Shown here: positions 40,671-54,324 of the stretch, one piece after another
How the letters are laid out: each line of letters starts with the position of its first letter
How positions within the stretch are numbered: position 1 is the first letter of the stretch
NCBI GenBank assembly: GCA_951406725.2
Contig: OX597814.1
Span: forward strand, 177,940,001-178,004,000
Reading direction: 5' to 3'
Source of the DNA: Octopus vulgaris
Taxonomy: Eukaryota
DNA length: 64,000 nucleotides
Notes under the pieces: generated by a model
Told to the model about the DNA's origin: nothing
The model's database searches: none
The model's input: the letters and a program-made list of their open reading frames with translations, nothing else
Program-made: the position numbers and the translations under genes

Positions 40671-41714
40671 GTTATGATTCTTTGCTAGACCTAATAAATA
40701 GCTCGATGTAACGCCACCACCTCGGCATTCGATATTTTATAATGCAGTCCATACTACTAAATATTCAGACGAGATTTATAGTCTAAGAATAATTCGATAT
40801 TTTGATGTACTGCTTCTTACTGAAGCACGACATGTAATGCTGTTGTGACTTGCCCTTCTCCTTCACAAGAGTCTTACTAAGCTATAAAAAGGGATAAAAA
40901 ATAAAATTCTTTCATCATGTTTTATCGTAACAGTAATTCATTTTTTTATATATATTTTATAATATAAACTTCAACAAATTATTATAATCGTTAAACATAA
41001 GCGTGTTAAATAGAAATTCTTGCATTCGCTTTTTTCCACAAAATTTCTATTTTTTTTTTCATTCTAAGACTTTAAAGAAATCACAGGATTAAATATTCCG
41101 GAAACCCAAAAAGTAAAATAAAAAAAATGTATTATCGAGAAAATGTAGAGCTTTTCTAAGTCACTGAAAAAAAATTATCTAATGAATATGATTAAAATAG
41201 TTGTCACTTTTGACAACACGGCCAGATTGATAAACGAAAGGTTGAGATGTATTTTCTTTTGATGTAGAAAAGTTGTGAACGAAGGGAAAAAAGAGGAAAA
41301 GAAGAAAAGACAGAAAGAGAAAAAGATAAAGGGAAAGAAACCCATTTTCTGACAGTTGCCTATTACGCATTTCGAAGGAAAGTATATTGGTTATTAAAAC
41401 AATCAAGACAGAATAAAGAATGTTTGACATATTTAATTTAGATGTCATCGTCAACTACCGAGAGGCCTACTGATACTCAGAATCAGTAATTTATTTTTAA
41501 TCTACACCGTTATCGTAAATATATTTCATGTGCTGCGTGATATCATTTAAAGAAACCATATTGGAATACAACATTTTATATATATTTCCCTACTAAATAG
41601 TATTTTCCTATTCTTCCACTAAAAGAAATTTGCAACTACGAGAAGATTCATGTAACAATAACTTTTTAAGACGTGGAAACTTTTCATTATTCTCTTAAAG
41701 AAAAAGTTTATATA

Positions 41715-42082
41715 GTAGCTAGATTTGAAGCAGACGGGTTGACTGCGTAAAACATATATGATGGATTTGATGCTAACTTTGATACCATATGTAGCAAATC
41801 TTTTAAAGTTGACTAGACAAATGTGTGTGTACCTTTATACGCATTATGGTAAAAAGAAAACAAAGATTACACAGATATTTCCTAATTTTAATGAGATTAA
41901 GAATCACTTGCGAAATATTTGCTTTTTCATAGCATGGACGCCGCTCGGGCACGAAAGACTGACAGTTATATAAACCTCCTCCAGGAATGTGAAAGATCGG
42001 TCGAGCCGTTTTGGCGCAAAACGAGGACATATAGATACACACACACACACACACACAAACACAGACATTCTCAGTTTCAAAA
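41715..42082. mobile_element. Non-autonomous Helitron-like remnant
   Basis: aagatcggtcgagccgttttggcgcaaa...gacata(CA)n...cattctcagttt resembles the microsatellite-bearing end of Lep1-type non-autonomous Helitrons. Recognised from memory; left boundary uncertain. Confidence 0.4.
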
Positions 42083-42154
42083 TGTGACCGCGTGTGTACC
42101 GTTGGCGATATTTTTTCCTCCGTCTTACCTTCAGTGGATCTTTCTTTTTCCTAT

Positions 42155-42189
42155 GTTTCTGACGAAGAGCTCCGCTCGAAACGTTAAAC
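42155..42189 (+). ncRNA. Minimal type I hammerhead ribozyme motif, intact core
   Basis: guuu-CUGACGA-a-GAGC ucc GCUC-GAA-ACGU-U-aaac: 4-bp helix I, canonical core, 4-bp helix II and palindromic ACGU helix III. Lies in a ~200 bp island (42083-42282) ending at (TA)n. Confidence 0.75.
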
Positions 42190-42276
42190 CCCCCTTCTTC
42201 CCTTCCTTCCTGAGCGTCCAATAATACTATATTTGTTTCACGTCCTCGCGTTGTTGTGATTTCATGTTTGGATTAA

Positions 42277-42327
<51 letters not shown>

Positions 42328-42410
42328 CTAGACGAAAGCTGTAGTTATGCTTCTTTGCTAGACCTAATAAATAGCTCGATGTAACGCCACCACCTCAGCG
42401 TTACACCACC

Positions 42411-42568
42411 TCGACCCCAGTGTTTCACTGGTACATAATTTAGCGACACCAAATGGATGGAAGGCAAAGTCGACCACGGCGGAATTTGAACTCAGAACGC
42501 AGCTACAGATGAAATGCCGCTAATCACTTCTCCCGGCGTCATAATGATTCTCTTACCTCACCGTCTTA
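42411..42568 (-). mobile_element. SINE family B copy
   Basis: tcgaccccagtg...ggcaaagtcgaccacggcggaatttgaactcagaacg is the reverse complement of family B. Confidence 0.88.
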
Positions 42569-43949
42569 ACAACACTAATAATGGGAGGATGTAAGGTTCA
42601 TATGTGCGAAACGAAACCATAGTCGAAGCCTGTAGATAATGGTTGACGAGTCGGATGCAGCATCGATCGCCTCCCATTTGGCTGACAATGTTCGCCATTC
42701 GTAGATTCCGGAAATATTAGCTATAAATAAGATAGAACTGATAAGATACAGACGGATGTAAAACTTCAAGAAGAAATGTCAAACAATTATGCTGATACAA
42801 ACAATAAAGTGCTTTTCAAAATTTAATCATATCTGCTGTAGAAACGGAATACTTCATTTTGAGCTTAAATCCATTTTCGCTTGTTGTGTGATGTTAACAC
42901 CTTTGACCAGCAGGTTAGAGAAGATTAGACTCACATATAAATGCTATGAGATTACAATTAGCCATATCTTTATATACTGACAGTATCAAACTGTAATGGA
43001 AAAAAAATGATAAACCACTTGAAACATGGTTGCAGATTTTGTGAAAATTTCCAGAAAGAATTTATACGAGATTTGGATTAGAAAATCGCAGGAATGTAAT
43101 ACCGAAATTCGAATAATTCATTAAGAACTTTAATGAAATGCTAAATAAAGAATCAGCTGGGAGTAATATTCATCATGCGTATTTAGAAATAATTAAGAAT
43201 CAATGAATTGAAGATGTTTTATCAGACAAAAGGAAAATGAAGAAGAAATACTTTAGACGCGTTTAATAAATTCTTAAATCCTATCTGAAGGCAAAAATAA
43301 ATTGCAATACATTAGTTGTTCCAGTAACTGCCCCATTAATAAGTTATAGTAATAATAGACTTAACTGGACTCTAAAGAATCTACAAAGACGGCAGAAAAA
43401 TGCGAAATGTATTGACTGCTTTTAGAATGACCTTGGAAAATCTGACATAGAAATATTTTAACTTCTAACAGAAAAAGCTGTGTTACATACTACTTTAATA
43501 TGTTATCCCTTCTGTGGGTCTAAAAATAAGGGAAACTAACACAAATACCTACAAAAACGAACAGAACAAAGGGAACTATTTTCGGTTAATATATGAAAAA
43601 AATATCACTGAAAAACGCAAGACAACAGAAAAAAACACAGAAAATCCCAAAAACTAAACTCAAATCTTTCTACACAATTTTCTACTATATTGATGAAAGA
43701 GAAACTGCGTAGTGTCCAGCATCAGAAGAAAAAGGTATCCATTTACTGTAGGGAAGAAAACGATGCTGATGTTAAAGATTTGCTTTTTGCGATAATGTAT
43801 CAAAATCTTCTCCTTAGAAATCACCTAATATATATGATGAAGCCGGATATATGAAATAACTGCAGGAATATGGAAAATGCATATGTTAGGATGATAAAAT
43901 TAATTCTGGTTGTCTACTCTTAGAGAAGAAAATAACATAATTGAAGGCA

Positions 43950-44360
43950 AGGTAGTAAAGAGCTGGGTATTCATGCATTCGAAGCGATTTCTGCATTGTG
44001 GAATACCAATGTAAATGATATGTCAAATGTATATAACAGAAAAAAATACCAGTGGATGTGAGAGAGGGATATTCTGAGCGAATCAAGATCATCGCTCACT
44101 GTCGGTTATAAGTATCAATCCCAAGTCACAATAATATATTTCTCTGCGACATAGAGAATTCAATCCAATATAAACATCCGGAAATAGAGATAATCAGAAT
44201 GTGGACCCAGAAAGCAGTCGCTATTGTAATAGGTGCGCTGGGATTGAGCGAAGCATGCATCCATTGATATAACAAATATCCAAGACTTACAAATATATAA
44301 ACATGCAAGGAAGAAAACCAATAGAGACTGATCTATATAGGATAAAGTATTTTTAATACA
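43950..44360 (+). mobile_element. Decayed R4/Dong-like LINE endonuclease region
   Basis: VSIPSHNNI...YKHPEIEIIRMWTQKAVAIVIGALG at ~44110-44245 (cf. KYKDLEIEIxRMW...VIGALG). Confidence 0.7.
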
Positions 44361-44569
44361 AATACAAATACAAAACCAAAAGAATATAATTATTAATATT
44401 CACACAAATAGAGATGCGTTGGACAGTGCGGAAAATGCAAGCAATAAAAAATAAAGCTACAGAAAATCAATTATAAGCAGAAACTACTCTACCAGTGGAA
44501 TGTGTTTGACATCACCACAAACTGCTTATAAAGTCTTAAGTAAAAAAGCAGTTTTATGTTGTTTTCAGA

Positions 44570-44755
44570 TTTTAGCACAAAGCCAGCAATTTCGGGAAAA
44601 TGGGTAAATCAATTACATCGACGACAGTGGTATTTATTTTATCCCCAGAGGAAAGCCAAATTCAACCTCGGCGGAATTCGATCTCAACGTGAAGACTGTA
44701 GAAATGCCAATAAGCATTTTGCCCGGCTTGCTAACGGTACGGCCAACGCGCTGCA
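44570..44755 (-). mobile_element. SINE family B, diverged copy
   Basis: aacctcggcggaattcgatctcaacg...taagcattttgcccggcttgctaacg matches the family B head on the minus strand. Confidence 0.75.
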
Positions 44756-45091
44756 TTATGATATTATATTATATTAGACGGAGTTTTTACAACGACACAT
44801 TCAATCAATTTCCAACATCACTTATATGAGTGGAGAACCATTAGTTTGAATATGTAGGCACACACATACTAGACGACTGCAACAACATTCATTGACAAAA
44901 TCATTGTAAACAGTGTCTTGTGTCACAAGAATCATTATAAATCATGCAAGGTAATCATGATCAACCATACACAGATATTATTTGGATTGGACAAAGGCTA
45001 TACGAGAGTAAAAATAACAAATATTCAACCATATGGTCAGTACAAGTTTATTGGAGACGATAGAGTATAAGTTTATAAAGAAGGACTATAT

Positions 45092-45480
45092 GCATAGGAG
45101 TGGCTGTGTGGTAAGTAGCTTGCTTACCAACCACATGGTTCCCGGTTCAGTCCCACTGCGTGGCACCTTGGGTGAGTGTCTTGGGCAAGTGCCTCGGGCC
45201 GACCAAAGCCTTGTGAGTGGATTTTGTAGACGGAAACTGTAAAGAAGCCCGTCGTATATATGTATATAAATGTATGTGTGTTTGTCCCCCACCAACACCG
45301 CTTGACAACCGATGCTGGTATGTTTACGTCCCCGTAACTTAGCGGTTCGGCAAAAGAGACCGATAGAATAAGTACTAGGCTTACAAAGAATAAGTCCTGG
45401 GGTAGATTTGCTCGACTAAAGGCGGTGCTCCAGCATGGCCACAGTCAAATGACTGAAACAAATTAAAGAGTAAAAGAGTA
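45092..45480 (+). mobile_element. tRNA-derived SINE family A, near full length
   Basis: A box tggctgtgtgg, B box ggttcagtccc, CORE-like caccttggg..agtgtctt, internal (TA/TG)n and a (TAAAAGAG)n tail. Confidence 0.95.
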
Positions 45481-46751
45481 AGGACGGTTAAATTTTTTAA
45501 AGAATGCTGTAAATAGAGGAAATCTTGATAAATGTATTTATAATGGTACTAGCGGTAGTATTAATAGCGGTTGTTATACTGTTGCTATAATGAGCATGGC
45601 AGTATTATTCCTCTAATTAGCAATATCGCACGTCATGTTCCCTTCCAGTTTTAAATTTCATTAGTGACATGAAACCTAGCTATGTTCCGACTAAAATCCA
45701 AGTGCTTTCGCGGTGCTTGAACAAGCGATTTACAAAACATTTATGAATCTACCAAGTACAAGCTAAGATTATCGATATGATCCTTTAGGCAGTTGTTTTT
45801 AGAAAATCTACACTTGAATTCCAACTTAAACATGTAACGGTTTCAGAAGTTTATAAGTGAAAATTTAATTTCTAGTATAGCAATACCCTGTGATAGAAAC
45901 ATATAACCACATAAAAAAATCAAACGATATCTTTCCTTTCAAACTGTCACAATAGAAAATGCAGTATTCAAGAAAATAATGTATCAATGCAAAGGAGAAG
46001 CATCATCAACAAAGCTAAATGTTTAGAAGGACATATGTAGGTATAACATAGATATTCTGTCAGCAATGTTTTGATTGTTACAGATAATCCTTACAGAAAA
46101 TTTAAGAACCTACTGTCTATGATAATTATGTGTGGCAAAAAGAATGGAAAAAAGGCGATTGCTATCATTTGAGTGTTAAGCAACATTACATGAAGAATGT
46201 ATCGCATTAAACCAAATCTGTCCTCTCAAAATTACACTTCAGAAAGCAGCCTGCAAATATAAAGAGCATAATATGCACTAACTGCATAGGAATAGATAAG
46301 ATATTCACTTACAAATCGTTAGTTGAATGTTGGACCACCATTTTTGGAAACCAAGCGAAAATTATGCGACATGAATAGAACTAAAAAAGCAACACAAAGT
46401 ATTACAAGGGTAGCTTATTTGATAATTACTTAACACCGTTTACGATGCTGGAAAAGTTTTGTCATTTGAAACCTTCAAAGTAATTGTTGATAAATGTGTT
46501 GTATAGTATACACAAAGATATCTTTCACTCTCAACGTTCTCTTAAACAATTAAGACCAAGTGCTTAGATAGCTCTCTTTACTTTTATGACAACAAAGAAA
46601 TGTAAGTAAAGACCATCGTATAGCCACCACAGCAACACTTGTCTGACAGTCATTTGCAAAATGTTTTCCTGAGTATCATCCGACAGTATGACTGAATGAT
46701 TGCTTAAGAAGCTGCTGATGTAGCACGCTGCTCGAAATAACGAGCTCGATT

Positions 46752-47375
46752 AAGGCGGTGATTTGGCAGAATCGTTAGCACGCTGGGCGAAATGCTTAGC
46801 AGTATTTTGTCTCCCGCTACGTTCTGAGTTCAAATTCCACCGAGGCCGACTTTGCCTTTCATCCTTTCGGGGTCGATGAAATAAGTACCAGTTGCGCACT
46901 GGGGTCGATGTAATCGACTTAATCCGTTTGTCTGTCATTGTTTGTCCCCTCTGTGTTTAGCATCTTGTAGGTAGTAAAGGAATAGGTATTTCGTCTGCCG
47001 CTACGTTCTGAGTTCAAATCCCGCCGAGGTCGACTTTGTCTTTCATCCTTTTGGAGTCGATAAATTAAGTACCAGTTACGCACTGGGGTCGATGTAATCG
47101 ACTTAATCTCTTTGTCTGTCCTTGTTTGTCCCCTCTATATTTATCCCCTTGTGGGCAATAAAAAAAATAAGAATCGTTAGTATGCTGGATATAAAGCTTA
47201 ACAGCTTTTCTTCCGTCTTTACGTTGTGCGTTCACATTTCACCGCGGTTGCCTTTACTTTTCATCCGTTCGGAGGAGACAAAATAAGTCCCATTTGAGCA
47301 CTGGTGCCGAAGTTATTCACTTACCCCTTTCTCCTAAAATGACAGGCCTTGTGTCAAACTTTGAAACGAAAATAA
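46752..47375 (+). mobile_element. Three head-to-tail SINE family B units
   Basis: Units 46752-46985, 46986-47170 (starts internally at gtatttcgtc) and 47171-47375 (older, starts at gaatcgttag, different tail). Confidence 0.9.
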
Positions 47376-48510
47376 CATGATTGATTAGAAAGAATTTGAT
47401 TTGATCTTCCATACCAAACTAATGCAAAAATATTTCATCTAAGTTCTGTTGTTCACTTCTCAACTTTACCGACTTCTATTTTCAAGGAATTTGCTGATTT
47501 TCTCTGTCATTGTCTTTAATTAATATTTTGATAATAGTATTCTTGCTCATCTGTGGTTACTCGGAAATTTTGTTATTCGGTAGAGGCTTTCAGCTGGCAA
47601 TCTATCATCTGTTGCTGGCGCTGTCATATATTTTACATTCCTTTGATTGTTGCTTCCGTTGTTTTTGCCGTGTGTATTTAGCTATTGTTCTTGCTGTAGA
47701 TGTATGTTTAGTAGGAAAAAGAGTTGTCACTCAACACTCTTTTAGGTAAGAGAAGGGCTGTCAAATGAGTCTGTAGATTCTTATTTAGGTGATTATCCTT
47801 TATATCCGTCGTTCCTTTCCCAAAAATTTGTACTAAGCAGTTTACAAATAATTTTTCTAAGTATTTAAAAACTGAATTTTAGAGCGGCCATAAAAAAAAT
47901 AATTCTCCAGTGAAAAGTATAAAATTTTATTCAAAACCATTGGCATTTTTTCTAAGCAGAAACAATTTTTAGTAATCGTAATCATCCTTGTTAAACCTTA
48001 ACATTTCTATGCATGATTTCCAATGTGTTTCACATTCTTGGTTTACGAAAGGAATTTCTTGATGTATTCCTGAAACCGTGAGAATACTATTAATGAGACG
48101 GCGTATTTCTCATTCTATCTTCTGTAAGGGCAAAAAACTGAATTTCTGTTGACAACCACGTTGCTTTGACTTCTGAGGAAGAAAAAAAAATGGAAAAGGA
48201 AAAGAATAAAATTCTTTAAGATTTAGTATTTTCCTTCTAATTGAAATGTTCTTTCATTTTATGGCTGCCTCTCATATTTGTTAAAAATCGTTGTATGGAA
48301 TCGAAAACTGAAAATTCGTCACAACATAGAAGATATTCTCACTTTGAGATCGCATAAATGGCTGTGTTTATGTTTTTATTTATTTTTATTTTTAGAGATG
48401 AACAACAAAAAATAAAAAATAACATCTCGTTCAAAGGACATCACATTTGACGTTCGACTGATCAAATTTTTCGCATTTTTATATCGAATGTTTGTGTGAG
48501 TATAAGTGCT

Positions 48511-48567
<57 letters not shown>

Positions 48568-48747
48568 AGGTGGAGTGAGGGAAAGAAAGAGAGATTATAA
48601 CTTTTCCATAGAAGTGATATTACACGAAAAATATTCAGACAAGCAATGAAAAAAATGTGATGAAACAATAATAGACACTATGTTAAAAGGACTCTATATT
48701 AAAATAAAATACAGAATTACGTAAAAAATATTGGAAACAAATTTGAA

Positions 48748-48925
48748 GGATGACAATAATGATGATGATGATGATAGTGGTGCTGGTGTTGGTGGTGTTG
48801 ATGAAGATGAGGATGGTGATGATAATGAAGATGGTGATGTTAGTGGTGGTTATGAAGATGGTGCTGGGAGTGCTGAGACAGGCGATTATGATGTTGATGA
48901 TGATGATGATGATGATAATTATAAT
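48748..48925. repeat. (GAT/GGT)n low-complexity tract
   Basis: Runs of gatgat and ggtggt visible directly. Confidence 0.85.
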
Positions 48926-51399
48926 GCGGAGATGGGGAGGGATTCCGGCGAAGGAAGAACAGGTGAAAGTAGAACGGAATAATTGTTATCACTTTCTTAC
49001 TGTACCATAAATTTCTAAACCTGATCTAAGAGTAACCAGTACTGGACAATATAAGATTCGGAAACACCACTATCACCCTTATAGATACTAAGCATCTTTA
49101 CTGTTCATAACTTCTAAAGCAGTTGTTGCAAAATAGAATACGTTTATTATGCATCCTAAGACACAAACATAAAAAAAATTATCGGAAAAAAATATTCTTT
49201 ACAACAAAGATGAATAACATAACCATTTCTAGAAATATTTTGCTATCATTATAATAACAAGCGTTATATTAATTTCAAGGTATAGTATGGTTATAAATTT
49301 GCTACCATACAATATTTTTCCTTATTTAAGTTTTAGATGAAACAATACAGACTTTCACTGGAAATTATCAAATAAGTCGCTATTTTCTACGATTTAGCGG
49401 GGTTTAAGTCTCGTCGCTTGATCTATCCAGTGCAGCCTAAAAATTTTCCTTAAAAGATAAAGTTGCCCAGTTTAATATTTAGACATTGCGCGTCTTAAAT
49501 AGTTATATACTATGAATCTCGGTATCGAACCAATAAATAATCTCATTTATTAAGGATGTACATTTTTTTTCAAACAAAGCTGGACGAAATGAAAAATAAA
49601 ACACGTCCCAAAACAATATTAACTGGTTGGTGTTTACTCCTACATTAACTTACAAACGTTTCTTAGAAGGCTTATTGCATTCATATAAAACAAGGAACGA
49701 AATAATTCTCAATTAATTAGTATGTCTAACTGAAATTGTTAACATCCAAACACATTCAATACAAAGAAGTTGATAAGCAAAATATCATGGGAAATGCATC
49801 TCTGCAAGTATAAGTTATGTAACTTTCCTTACACTGTAAATTTCCGTAAAATTATATAAACTGTAATGTGTGTTTAATTTTCCCTAAGGTAGAGTAAATT
49901 TGCGACTTGTTAAAAAGGAAACTAAAAAAAAAGTCGCTAAAATATCGCTTGTATTTTTGTTTCAGAAAATTCGATCATATTTTGTCGACATACATACCAA
50001 CGCAGCGCCCTGTCTACTATTATGTACATGCTATCTAGATTACACTACCGATTATTTGGCATTGGAAATCATGTTCCACTGTCTGGTGCATTTAGTTTCA
50101 CTAACTCATCTTAAGGTGGAGACAGACACATTGACAATAAACGTATAGGTCTGAACAAGAAGAATACCTATATCGCAAGTAAATAGATTCACACACACGC
50201 ACATACACACACACACACACATACACACACACACACACATGCAGTTTTCTTAAAGGTCGGAAATCTTTCTAATTGGTACCCTGTGATTGATAATCAGCAG
50301 AGCACACATAACAAGGAGCCGCCAACATCTGAACACAAGTATACCCAGCCCAGGTAGAATGGAAGACAATCCAACTGCCGGTCCATCACTGATATCCGGT
50401 AAACACATATCATAAATCAAAGTCAGTCACATCTGAATACAATAGTGTTAGCTAGTAAAACAGCTGTTATTTAATGCTTGATTAGTTACAGTTCAGTTCC
50501 CAGATAAATTACTCTTTAAATAGCCATTCAATTTTGTCCTAATTACTACGCTTCAATGTTTATATAGCAGGCATTTGAAAGACACATTTAAATAACGGGT
50601 GCTCAAGTCTTGTGATACTGGAAGATTTATGCCATCATATTAAATCAACCTGCAATCCGTATAGAGATTTTGAAAAACAAAAATGAATCAACAAATTTAT
50701 AAGTGAGATTTCCACTATTTTATGTTAGGATACATATGGAGTAAATAATCAAACTGTTGCTTACAGTAATAGGCTGCTTGTGGGACCTGGAAAGGACACA
50801 CTGGATGCTTTTACTCCTTGAATTGCGAACGCCATTTGTCATTTAGATAAACGAATAAATATCGTTATTCTATGCTATTCAGACAAGTGAAAATTTTATG
50901 GGGAATTTACTTTTCAGAAAGGAAAGAAAAAGCAAGTATAGAATAAATGAACATAGCATTACAACGTTAAAACAAAACCTACTGAAAATTTATGTGAGTA
51001 TAAATATATTTGAACGTTTTCAAAATATTTTATCTCTGAAATTCTTATTTTAAAGAGTAATTTATAGAACTATATTCGCAACATATGTAGGTACGTATGT
51101 ATGTATATATGTATGTATGTGTCTATATTATATATGTGTGTGTGTGTATGTGTATTTATGTATGTGTGGAGACACAGTCGCGCATAAATAATACATATAC
51201 GCACACACAAGTACTTATACACAAACACCTCTTGTATAATGCATATAAATGAAAGTGAATATATGTATACATGTAAAACTTATAGATAATGAGACAGTTA
51301 CACATAAATATTCACAGCAATAAAGATATCCTTAAGCACGCATGTATATATCTTCACACACAGACACACAAGCGTATGTATGAATGTGTATGTATGTGC

Positions 51400-51447
<48 letters not shown>

Positions 51448-51522
51448 GCACATATATACACACACATATATATACACACACACATATATATATACACACA
51501 CACATATATATATACACAAACA

Positions 51523-51572
<50 letters not shown>

Positions 51573-51579
51573 CATACAC

Positions 51580-51615
51580 ACTAGCAGAAATATGCGGCGT
51601 TGTTACTCGGGTTGA
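51580..51615 (-). mobile_element. Possible Helitron 3' terminus
   Basis: actagcagaaatatgcggcgttgttactcggg reads on the minus strand as an eroded GC hairpin followed by CTAGT. Confidence 0.35.
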
Positions 51616-52121
51616 AGAAAATAATGAAATTTTTAAACACCGTGTAGATTACGCACGTCTCAACTGCTAGTTGCTGAGATACCGAGTTTCTATGTAACTC
51701 TGCAACCCATGCCAACATGGAATATAAACGTTAACGGAAATGTGAAAAGGAAGTTTTCAACTCATATGTATATAAAGTTAATAGAAGTTTGTCTAACTTA
51801 TTTCGCAACCAAAAAACAGGTACAGATTATAAACAATGAAAGGCCATGCTCATAGTACACACACACACATACGCACACTAAAACAGACAGCGAATATATC
51901 ACGTTACTGTTGACCTTTTATATACACAGATATCCATTCACTCATGTCAGTTGAATAGTGCAAGTGTAATAGTACTACTTTAATTCTCAATCGTTTTACA
52001 CTTCTGTACATGACTAATTTGCATTAGTACAAATTTCTTCCTCTTCCCCGACCTTGGATGATCATAACTTATAGAAAAATGCATATTCGTTCATGGAATT
52101 TTTTGTGCTACATCATGCAGA

Positions 52122-53026
52122 TTGCGGGGTAAATGTTTCGGAGGGATGAGGTGTGGAATTGGCGAAAATTCACCGGAGTCCACGTCAGTTCGTCTTAACT
52201 TTCAACAAAATGGATATTTTATAATAAAATTCTTTAGAAATATTCCTCGGACTATGACGATTCCGGGTACAAACGAATTTTGAAGGAAAACAATTGAGGG
52301 TTACTTTTGAGAACTGTTCCCCACTCGGGGATGTTTCGGAACAAGTCGACCATATTTGTTTCATTTTCTCCGTTTTGTGCGTTTGTGCATCCGTAGGTTT
52401 GTACCACATAGAGACACGCACTTACACATATGCAATTAAAAAAGTTCAAACGAGGACGAATCCCTTTCAATATCATGTTTATTATAGAGATCATGTAACA
52501 AATTATACTTTGCACTTCTATATTTAACTGCGCGTGTATATTCCTTATTTTTGCATCTGGTATTTTCTGCCTTTCTACTAGAAACGTATACCCGGGAATT
52601 TACGGAAATTGAAAAAGAAAATTCATGTGCAAAAGATACGACTTTTTTTTTCAATGAGAAAGATTAGATCCCAGGTAAGTCGTCTTAGTAACATATTTCT
52701 GTGTACCAGACATTTACATGTTGTTTTTAGCATACCGGCTTCATTTGCCTTCATTGCGTGTCTGTTGCTTCAGTAGGATTCTATGGTTGTACAAACGCAT
52801 AAAACGGAGAAAATGAAAGAAATATGGACGACCTTTTCGGAAACACCCGCGAGTGGGGAACAGGTCTCAAAAGTAACTCCCAATTGTTTTCCCCTACATT
52901 TCTATGCCCTTGGAATAGTCCGGGGTATATTTTTAAAGGATTTCATAAAAAAATATCTATTTTCTTGAAGTGGACTCCGGTGAATTTTCAGAAATGTAAC
53001 CCCCTCCTAAAACACTTACCCCACAA
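52122..53026. repeat. Long diverged inverted repeat, arms ~250-275 bp, spacer ~380 bp
   Basis: 52122-52397 vs 52780-53026 (aaaattcaccggagtccac / gtggactccggtgaatttt; ctgttccccactcg / cgagtggggaacag). The ORF track shows near-identical peptides on opposite strands. Confidence 0.9.
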
Positions 53027-53797
53027 AATTTTTATATTCGATGGGGGGCGGGGACAGAAAGATGTAGTTATGCCGGCAAATTTGACACTTTCTTCCTTGG
53101 CATCCTTATATATGTATATCGAAATACACGTGTGCAGAAGATAGTAAACAATGAATATAACATGGTAACGGAAATTAAATTTCTTAATACGACGGGCAGA
53201 AAGTAAATAAGAAATTTTAATGGAAAATAAAGTATTGTACGGGTTGAAGCGAAATTTGTCACTCAGTGAACCAAAGAGCCAGTATCGAAGGAACCTGAAA
53301 GAAACCGTCAACAACAGAGAAACACAAAACCGTGCGTACTGAAATGAAATTTATGAAGATACTTCTGTCAGTAAATTATGCAATTATTTACATAAGTTGT
53401 CAGTAATTTGTCGTTGTTTGTAAATAGCGATAGAAAGCTTAGACTTATTTGAAAACAATAACATGTAAGTTAAAAATGACGTAAGAACATTGAACGTGAA
53501 AATAATAGACTGAGAGATATGTTACAGAGCGATAGAGATAGATAGACATAGACTGATAGAGAGATATATATAAAGAGATATGTTATGTCACTGACGCTAG
53601 AAAACCGGAAGTCAATATTTTAAAAACTTTCAAAGACGTGAATACAATATGAAAAGGAATATTCTTTTTTTATTTTTTATAATTTTTACTAAAAATAGCA
53701 AATGAACAGCTTATAATTTGTCTTAGGTGGACTTATTCATGCATCAGAAGTATGGAAGCAACTAGTGAAGACGTTTTCGCGTGAAAAGTGAATACGC

Positions 53798-54212
53798 ACT
53801 CTTTTACTCTTTTACTTGTTTCAGTCATTTGACTGCGGCCATGCTGGAGCTCCGCCTTTACTAGAGCAAATCGACCCCGGGACTTATTCTTTGTAAGCCC
53901 AGTACTTATTCTATCGGTCTCTTTTGCTGAACCGCTAAGTGACGGGGACATAAACACACCAGCATCGGTTGTCGAGCAATGCTAGGGGAACAAACGCAGA
54001 GACAAACACAGACACACAAACACACACGCACACATATATATATATATATATACATATATACGACGGGCTTCTTTCAGTTTCCGTCTACTAAATCCACTCA
54101 CAAGGCTTTGGTCGGCCCCAGGCTATAGTAGAAGACACATGCCCAAGGTGCCACGCAGTGGGACTGAACCCGGAACCATGTGGTTGGTAAGCAAGCTACT
54201 TACCACACAGTC
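53798..54212 (-). mobile_element. SINE family A copy
   Basis: Near-complete reverse complement of 45092-45480. Confidence 0.95.
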
Positions 54213-54232
54213 AAAAATCTTTATTTTATATG

Positions 54233-54263
<31 letters not shown>

Positions 54264-54266
54264 GTG

Positions 54267-54324
<58 letters not shown>

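Noticed and set aside
45092-45165. tRNA-like sequence with A and B boxes (also in the other SINE heads)
   Set aside because: It continues into a SINE body and tail, is multi-copy and lacks a convincing cloverleaf, so it is not a tRNA gene.
45700-46650. Possible Penelope remnant (ETKRKL-like string)
   Set aside because: Too decayed; no clear GIY or YIG motif.
48731-48982. Acidic Asp/Gly-rich 83-aa ORF
   Set aside because: Explained by a (GAT/GGT)n tract; non-ATG start and no supported splice structure.
49950-50430. Splice-acceptor-like tttttgtttcag and a slightly GC-richer block, considered as a host exon
   Set aside because: No recognisable peptide in the frames I examined and no convincing donor. 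Small exons cannot be excluded without RNA-seq.
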